Source: Octopus vulgaris (lineage: Eukaryota). From it: a DNA stretch of 64,000 bases. The position numbers and the translations under genes were made by a program. A model generated the notes under the pieces. It was not told where the DNA came from and ran no database searches. It saw only the letters and a list, made by a program, of their open reading frames with translations. How positions within the stretch are numbered: the stretch's first letter is position 1; every line of letters begins with the position of its first letter. The DNA lies in NCBI GenBank assembly GCA_951406725.2, contig OX597814.1, positions 106,764,001 through 106,828,000 of the forward strand. Direction: 5' to 3'. This document shows positions 55,310-64,000 of the stretch, piece after piece.

Positions 55310-55665
55310 TTATATAATTAGGGCTCAGTAAAATAATTTACTTTGCCACATACTGAAATTTTTAGAAATACAGCCAAAAGTTTTTTTTGCCATTTCTACT
55401 ACTTTAAGAAGAGTCTCCCAGATAGTGTTTACTCAAAAATAATTCACGTAGATATGGAGGAAAACACCAAAATATCACATAATCTTTGTACATGTGATAT
55501 TTTGGTGTTTTCCTCCATATCTACGTGAATTATTTTTGAGTAAACACTATCTGGGAGACTCTTCTTAAAGTAGTAGAAATGGCTAAAAAAAACTTTTTGG
55601 CTGCTATTTCTAAAAATTTCAGTATGTGGCAAAGTAAATTATTTTACTGAGCCCTAATTATATAA
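55310..55665. repeat. Near-perfect palindrome, arms about 172 bp, 11-nt loop
   Basis: 55310-55480 is the reverse complement of 55492-55665; lies between (TA)n tracts. Confidence 0.97.
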
Positions 55666-55760
55666 TGTAATATTTTGAATACACCTTGAATGGTCCTTTT
55701 ATATACTGAACAATACTTGGTGAAATTAATTAATAAATAATTGATTTTACCCTTAATCAT

Positions 55761-55829
<69 letters not shown>

Positions 55830-55984
55830 AACATACATATATATATATATATATACAAATATGAGAGAGAATCCACTATGTGGACGCTCTAACGCTAGAT
55901 ACAGATCCGCAAATGGACTCAACCACTAAGAATTTAATTTGTCGAACTGCACGCTATATATTAACACGAGGTCAGAGACACGAG

Positions 55985-56030
<46 letters not shown>

Positions 56031-56899
56031 TATGAGTCAGATGTTATGCAAGGGATAAATGTATCCGTAGGCCCTACTGGTGTATTACCTAACTTGCTAT
56101 AAAGTTAATAATAGTTGGTAATTTAAATGGTAAACCGTGGTTTAAGAAAAAGAAATGGAGCAACAATTAACGACTAGAAGTTGATCATTTGTATAAAAAT
56201 GGTCCTAGTTAAATTGTAGTTAGAATAACATTAACAATATGGAATTACAATTAAACTATGACCGGCTGCAAACTCGTGTTCGAGTATTGCCATCGCCTGA
56301 TCGAAAGTCCCACAGATGTGAAGGCTACGACCAGCCATTTTTGTGATAGGTCTTACTTTTTTTTAAGCGATGCCTGGGCATGATAATTTTTTTATAGTGG
56401 GGAAAGGTTTTGCACAAATCCCATCCTACTCTCTTAACACGGTCAGCATAAACTCGAAAAGAAGAACTAGTCTACATCATCGAATATTGTCAGTGTCGCA
56501 GGTTTTCTCACGGAGTTTTCCTCTCCTAGAGAGATGTTGTGATAGCAACAGAGGGGCCTCCCACTCCCAGTGAGCCAACCGGGCGTCTGGACACTAATCC
56601 ATGTATTTCCACGTCCCCACGGATACATACATGCATACAGGCACATGTACTTATATTGTTGAATGGTCGTTGACTGCTCAAGAACCCCTTCCGCCTTTTG
56701 ACAGGTCTTATTTTTCGTCTTGTAGAGTATCCAACAATCACCCTCCTCACCAAGCAGGCTTGATGGGGCTGCCAGTTTAATCGCCGGCGACAATCCGACC
56801 ATATAACAGGCTGTACTGGGTTACAAGCTACCAATAGCGCCCAAGAGCGACCTGACACAATCCCTTGACACGATCTCAGCATGGTAAGAATCAACACAG

Positions 56900-59870
56900 A
56901 TGCCCAAACAATACCAACGGGATGACCATATCGGAATGTGCACTACGAAAGAAATTCGACGCCAGGGCACCAGAAAACAATACCACCACCACAACCACCA
57001 GCAACAATTTCACTCCTGGAACATACGGCGCAGTACGGCTAGATACGGATGAAATGCATGTCTTAGAGTTACCACCGAAATTCGCAACATATAAGAAGGT
57101 CAGAAAACTTAATTGTCTGAGATTGAAAAAGCATTCTTAAAAATAAGATGGCGGTTAGGAAAATACAACAACAACAACAACGACGTATGAAAACAAAACA
57201 GCAACAACAGCAATGTTAGTGACAACAACAATAGTGACAATAACAACAACGATAACCACAACATCCCCCACACAAACAACTATAACGACAACAACAACCA
57301 CGCAAACATACAGAACCAAAACAACACTAGCAACAACAACAACAATGATAATAACATGAACAACAATAACAATAACAGCAATGACAACTACAACACCCCA
57401 TACACAGACAACAATACCAACCTCAACAGGAACATGAGAGAGTAGAAAAACTTCTCTTCGACGCACAGATGGGGATGTGGCGCAACATACTCCAGCCCAG
57501 GAAACGGACTGCACGAAATTTCCAAACATTCAACAACGATGTTCCCACGCTGCACGAGTTACGAAAAACACCATAAACCCTACGTAAACCCTGTTATGGG
57601 ACCCCTCCCCAGTCGGCCAATTTGCGGAGCAAATATCTCCAGCAATTACAGGCTATCCTACTTCCTCTCACCGGTGTTACGACCACTCATTGAATTGTCC
57701 CCGGATGCCTGTGTGAGCACGGAGGACCTGCTCAATAGAATCAGTAGTTGCAACCACACCAACGGTTGTGTAGTGGGTAGTATGGATGTGGCTTCACTCT
57801 ACCCATTTATAGACATTAGATTTTGCTGCGGTAAAAAGCATAGGGATGAACTATAAAAGTGTGGTAGAGTCCCCCGAAGTCAACACGAGGGAACTGGGCT
57901 TCCACTTTACACTAAGCTATGACCGTAACTACCTAGACAACCATGACCTAAGTAGATTCTGCTCCACCAGGTCACAGAGAGGAAGGCCACCCACCATCAC
58001 CTCGGCAGTGAAGAAAAACACCACAGAGCGCTGGAGTGGCTAGACCATACCCACCCAGGACCCTCAGAACAGCAATCAGGTGAAAAGAATGATTGCGCAT
58101 GCTATAGGACCACCTTGAAGAACCACATAGTGAAGTTTGACAGAAAACTATATATGCAGTTTCAAGGAGCAGCCATTGGTGTTGGTGTGGCTGGAGATGT
58201 GGCTGACCTCTTCATGACCTGGTGGGACAGAAAACTTAAACAATCCTTAGCTGAACAATCCACAACTGTTTTGCTTTACCGTAGGCATGTAGATAACATC
58301 AATATTCTTGTTAGGGACAAACCCTAGTAACTGTAGTGTAGAAATCGAGAGGAGCATAATGGGGAGCATTAAGCACGTAGCTAACTCCATCCACCAAAGT
58401 ATCAAGGCAACTATAGATTACCCCACTAGGCACTCAAACAACAGACTCCCCGTACTTGATACTGAACTTTGATTAGAGACTGTAAACAACAGTTCCTCCA
58501 CTCCTATTACATGAAACCCATAATGACTAAATATGTTGTTCACATGACCTCAGCTTTGTCACACAGTACGAAAATCAATATACTGATAGCAGACTTAGCT
58601 AGGATAACGAATAACGTGTCCCCCTATGCGAACCCTATGAAACAAGGAAACATGTACAGAACTTCATGCAATTCTCTGGATATGACCAAAAAGATAGGAT
58701 TCGCGTATACAAATGAGCTAGAAAGAAGTTAGCATTATATGTAATGAAGCCAGTGGTACCCGCCTTAGATACAGAGATAAAGACTGGAATAGTATACAGA
58801 GAGTTTATGACAAAGCAAGCAAAGTAAACACGTGGTACAGGGCTGACAAATATCAAGCAGTGATGTTTGTAGAGGCTTACATCCCATGGGAGATTAACCC
58901 GTAGATCTAGGAAAGCTCTGAAGGAGACCAAACTCAACATTAAGATCGTTGAAAAGCCAGGGAGCTCCATTAGATCGAAGTTATGTAGGACGTACCCCTT
59001 CGAAAATACCACATGCACCGATGAGAACTGCGCAGTATGTAATATTAACCCCAACATTAGCTGTAGAAGTAGATATGTGGTCTACAGCATAAAGTGCATA
59101 GAGAGTGCTTGTAAAGACAAGAATGCAGCATACATTGGAGAGACATCTAGTAGTATTGCGGAAAGATTAAATGAAAAACACTTGAGGCAATATGATGATA
59201 AAAAACAGTCCTCGTATTCTCTACAAACATGCCAAAGACCAACATGGAGGTACACTAGACCGACTTGACATTCGCATTTTAGCCAAGCGCCGGAAGGACC
59301 CATCACTCTAGATCTATCGAAAGACAACCAGAAATGTGAGACTTTTGAGAATATTCTCCTGATGAAAAGCTCATTGCTTTTGGATCTCCTTAATGGATTT
59401 TACATTAACGAAGTGTGGCGAAGTCTTTTGAAACGATTGTAGAGATGGATTTCGAATGAACTCTTTTCTGGTTGTTGCTTTGTCCTTTATTTATATTTAT
59501 ATTATTTCAGTTTCATTGCCTTAAACTTCCTGTTGCTTTTAATATGCATTAATTTAATCCATATATTTTTCTTCATTCGACTTCACTCGTGTTACCCTTT
59601 TAGCTTTTATCACCTTTTGTATTCGTATATATGTGTAAATTTTATGCTATTGGGCTTTACCATTGGGTGCCCTGATGTATTTATGTTCGATAGGGAATGT
59701 TATAAAGTTGTTTTTACCAATTAGAGCGTTTATTCATTATACCTTTCAATTTATTTTTCCTTTCGTTTCAGGGTTACCTGAGCACTTCCATCTGCAGACC
59801 TTTTTTTACTCTTCGTTTAACGAAATTACTTTTCGGTTTAACAAAATTATAAAATTATCTTCATATTCAT
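56900..59870 (+). mobile_element. Degenerate near-full-length Penelope-like element (RT, GIY-YIG, 3' pLTR)
   Basis: LELPPKFA, PSRPICGA, GSMDVASLYPFID, QFQGAAIGVGVAGDVADLFMTWWD, LYRRHVDNI, RLPVLD, HSYYMKP, VVYSIKCIESACKDKNAAYIGETSSSIAERLNE; many frameshifts; ACA-rich segment at 57165-57440. Confidence 0.9.
59355..59445 (+). ncRNA. Hammerhead ribozyme in the PLE 3' pLTR
   Basis: TCTC-CTGATGA-AAAG..CTTTT-GAAAC-GATT-GTA-GAGA, directly downstream of the GIY-YIG region. Confidence 0.78.
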
Positions 59871-60084
59871 CTGTATGTATGTATGTATGTATGTATGTAT
59901 GTATGTATGTGTATATATATGTATATATATATATGTATGTATATATATATATATATGTATGTATATGTATGTATATATATATACATACATATATATACAT
60001 ATATATACAAAAATATATACATATATATACAAATATATATACATAGATATACATATATATACATATATATATAATATATATGTG

Positions 60085-60150
<66 letters not shown>

Positions 60151-60452
60151 TACACACATATATATATATATATACTTTATTAAAAAGCAGCAAAAATATC
60201 ACAAAAACTGTTACTCAGAGTTCGTCAGACATATTAATGCTTTGCTTTTATCTCGAATTAGGATAAAAACAATTATCTATTAAACTGAAGAATTATTCAA
60301 TATTTTACGTAGAGTATATGTTATTCTTTTACAAAAAGAGTGGTAACAGTGACTTCGAAGGCTTAAACTTCGTCAGATGAAGGCTAGCAGGCAGAAAATT
60401 TAAAGTCACCGTCGCCCCTTTTCTTATAAGGTAAAATCAATGAATGTGTATA

Positions 60453-60483
<31 letters not shown>

Positions 60484-60486
60484 AAT

Positions 60487-60685
60487 TCTTTTACTTGATT
60501 CAGACATTTGATAGCGGCAATACTGGAGCACCGCCTTAGTCGAACAAATCGACCCCAGGACATATTCTTTGTAAGCCTAGTACTTATTCTATTATCGGTG
60601 TCTTTTGCCGAACCGCTAAGTTACGGGGACGTAAACACACCAACACCGGTTGTCAAGCTATGGTGGGGGACAAACACACACACGC

Positions 60686-60741
<56 letters not shown>

Positions 60742-60888
60742 GACGGGCTTCTTTCAGTTTCGCCTACCAAATTCCACTCGCATGGCTTTGGTCGACCCGA
60801 GGACAAAGTAGAAGACACTTGCCCAAGGTGCCACGCAGTGGTACTGAACCCAAAACCATGTGGTTGGTAAGCAAGCTTCTTACCACAC
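60487..60888 (-). mobile_element. SINE family B, full length
   Basis: Reverse complement of 47770-48200. Confidence 0.92.
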
Positions 60889-60898
60889 AATACATATA

Positions 60899-60993
<95 letters not shown>

Positions 60994-62370
60994 ATCAAAC
61001 TGAGCAACAGAATCGCTCTGCGTTTAAATTGATGTAATGATTGCATTGTTCAATTAAATGGAGTCGCTTGAAACGGTCGTACTGCATCACTTCTGATATC
61101 CTGTTGCTTATTTTGATTGTATTCACCTCATTTTGAAATTGTATGATTAATACCGCTCTAATGTTTGGTGTTTCAACTTAAGTACCTAATTGATCTGAAT
61201 CTCAATTATTTTGCTTATATATATATATTTTTTTTTTGTAGTGGCCATGCTGGAGCACTGCCGTTTTGCTACACTGATATTACTGAGATCCACCTCTAAT
61301 ATGTGGCACTATATAGGTAATTAAAAAACTAAAGATGTGAGCTCTTTTCAAGAAACAACACCGCAGGGCTTCTGGAATTTATGAAATTTTTATCCTTGTA
61401 TATAATTAGAACAGTTTAAGCATATTCTTACAACATCATGAATAATTCTATGATTTTATTTAAAATTCTGAATCCGGGCAAATTCTCTGATGAAGGAAAT
61501 GTGGATCACTGGAGTTGTCAAGTCGTTCTGGTGAAACACACACACGGACACTGATAAATATATATATACACAATCTATTTGGAAATAGATGTGTGGCTTT
61601 CAATCAAATAATAATATAAATAACATACACACACACATATATATATATATATAATATATATATACATACATACACACATGCATATATGAGTACAGGACGT
61701 CACCAAACAGTAAACAACTTAAAATACGAAAGTAAATGAGTTCAAAACGCAAACAACGAGAGAAACAAATGGAAAACGACAAGTAACATAAAGAACAACC
61801 CTTTGTTAGTTGTCGGTTGTACTTCTACTCCTCATTTCGAGCATTGAACGACAATATGAGTCTTCGAAGACAGTTGCTCTTATAAATGCAAGAAGAAAAT
61901 TTGGGACTTATGGAGGGTCACAGTTGGGATCAAACACAGGACAATGGAGACAAACAAGGAAACCGAACGAAAATGAACATGGAGGGCCGTTAGACCAGAA
62001 CAAGGGTAAAAATAGCGAACGCTAGAGAAATATTTTCTTGGACAAGAGAAAAGATATCAGAGAGAGATAGGATACGTGCTGTCCTTACGACAGTCGCGAA
62101 AGGAAAGAAAGAGGATCACATGAGGAAGAGAAAAATGAACAATGGTCACGTGTGAGAAACGAGAGAGTGAAACGGAGAAAGAGGGAGAGAGAAAGAAAGA
62201 GAGATAGAAAATGGTGAAGGGGGGAAAAGGGGGATTAGAAAAAGGATGAGAAAGAAAACAGTATAGATTAGAGTCGCATCAAAAAGATAAAGGTAAACAT
62301 ACTTGGAAATGGATGCTTGACATTCAATAAAATAATAATATAAATAATATATATATACATGCATGTATGC

Positions 62371-62434
<64 letters not shown>

Positions 62435-62519
62435 GTATATATATATATATATATATACAAATTAGTAAATAAATGGCACAACTACTTTTTACTGGAAGAC
62501 AATACTTTGTATTGCATTA

Positions 62520-62569
<50 letters not shown>

Positions 62570-62663
62570 ATCCAAACAAGAAAGCACTAAAAAACACAAC
62601 AACGCGAGGACGTGGAACAAATATAGTATTATTGGACGCTCAGGAAAGAAGGAAAGAAGGAGG

Positions 62664-62698
62664 GTTTAACGTTTTGAGCGGAGCTCTTCGTCGGAAAC
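62664..62698 (-). ncRNA. Minimal hammerhead-like motif (CCGACGA core, G12 mutated) in a short repeat at about 62567-62770
   Basis: GTTT-CCGACGA-A-GAGC tcc GCTC-AAAAC-GTT-AAAC; the element sits between (TA)n tracts. Confidence 0.62.
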
Positions 62699-62790
62699 AT
62701 AGGGGAGAAGGAAAGATCCAGAGAAGGGAAGACAGAGGAAAAAAATCGCCAACGGTATACACGAGATTATATATATACATGCATATATGC

Positions 62791-62925
<135 letters not shown>

Positions 62926-62995
62926 CAGATATAGATATAGTTATAGATCTAGATATAGATATACAGACACACATACACACATGCATATATGGGTT

Positions 62996-63265
62996 CAGGA
63001 CGTGTGTGGTAAATAGCTTGCTTACCAACCACATGACTCCGGGTTCAGTCCCACTTCGTGGCACATTGGGCAAGTGTCTTCTACTATAGCCCCGAGCCGA
63101 CCAAAGACTGGTGAGTAGATTTGGTAGATGGAAACTGAAAGAAGCTCCTCATATATATAGGATAAGTACTAGGCTTACAAAGAATAAGTCCTGGAGTCGA
63201 TTTCTTCGACTAAAAGGCTGTGCTTCAGCATGGCTGCAGTCAAATGACTGAATCAAATAAAAGAA
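62996..63265 (+). mobile_element. SINE family B with internal deletion
   Basis: Head and core plus tail present; middle segment missing. Confidence 0.88.
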
Positions 63266-63868
63266 TATATATATAGTTATTTATATACACACACATACAC
63301 ATACACGTGCATATATACATCCATAGACCTATGATGTTCTATGATGCACACGAAACTTTCAACCATTAAGTCACTTCGTGACTTCTTCTGCAGATAAAAT
63401 TATACATATATATATACATATATATATATGTATGTATATATACATACATACATACATACATACATACATACATACATACATACATACATACATGCATACA
63501 TACATCTGTATGTATATATTTATGTATGTAAGTATGTATGTATATTTGTGGCTGTGTGTGGGGGTGTGAAAGAGAGAGGAAGAAAGAAGAAAATTCGAAT
63601 GAGTAAGAGAGAGAGAAGCTGTAAGCAATTGTGGGGATGTGAGAGAGACTAACGTAAGAATATCAGACGAAAGAATATGAATATGAGAGAGAGAAATAGA
63701 AAGAGAAACGGGTAGAGAAGGAGGGATGAGGAAGAGGAGAATGAGGTGAGAAGAGAAAGAGAGAGAAAGTGAGAGAGAGTGCGAGGAATGAGCGAGAGAA
63801 AGAATGTAATGTATGATAGTGGGATTGAATAAGAGGGGCGGCTGTCGGAAATTGTTCTGCGTGCAAGT

Positions 63869-63904
<36 letters not shown>

Positions 63905-64000
63905 TAAGAGAGAGAGAGTAAGAGAGAGACGCACATATACGTACGTACATAGATATTTATGCATACACATATGTGCATATCTGTAAATGTGCGTGTGTGT

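Noticed and set aside
61483-61540. CTGATGAAGG motif
   Set aside because: No matching stem II-GAAA-NUH arrangement could be built.

Overview
AT-rich eukaryotic genomic DNA, heavily filled with (TA)n, (CATA)n, (GATA)n, (GT)n and (AAT)n microsatellites. The SINE sequences and microsatellite load suggest a cephalopod (Octopus-like), which is an inference. No host protein-coding gene could be supported, and almost all ORF-track entries are microsatellite artefacts. The window contains: (i) one apparently intact 3.9-kb CR1/L2-group LINE at 20376-24315, whose ORF1 has a Myb/SANT-trihelix-like N-terminus and a CCCH finger and whose ORF2 is APE-RT; (ii) four fragments of an R4/Dong-type RLE retrotransposon, each embedded in (CATA)n; (iii) a CRE-like RLE fragment; (iv) three degenerate Penelope-like elements (PLEs); (v) two Helitrons, one carrying a PIF1 helicase fragment; (vi) a Tc1 remnant; (vii) many tRNA-derived SINEs, some in precise head-to-tail multimers. 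The main unexplained signal is about a dozen minimal type-I hammerhead-ribozyme motifs from several unrelated short repeat families, mostly next to (TA)n tracts. Several lie in the arms or at the axis of long DNA palindromes, and four share a non-canonical CCGANGA core. All calls were made by eye; no folding or database search was run.
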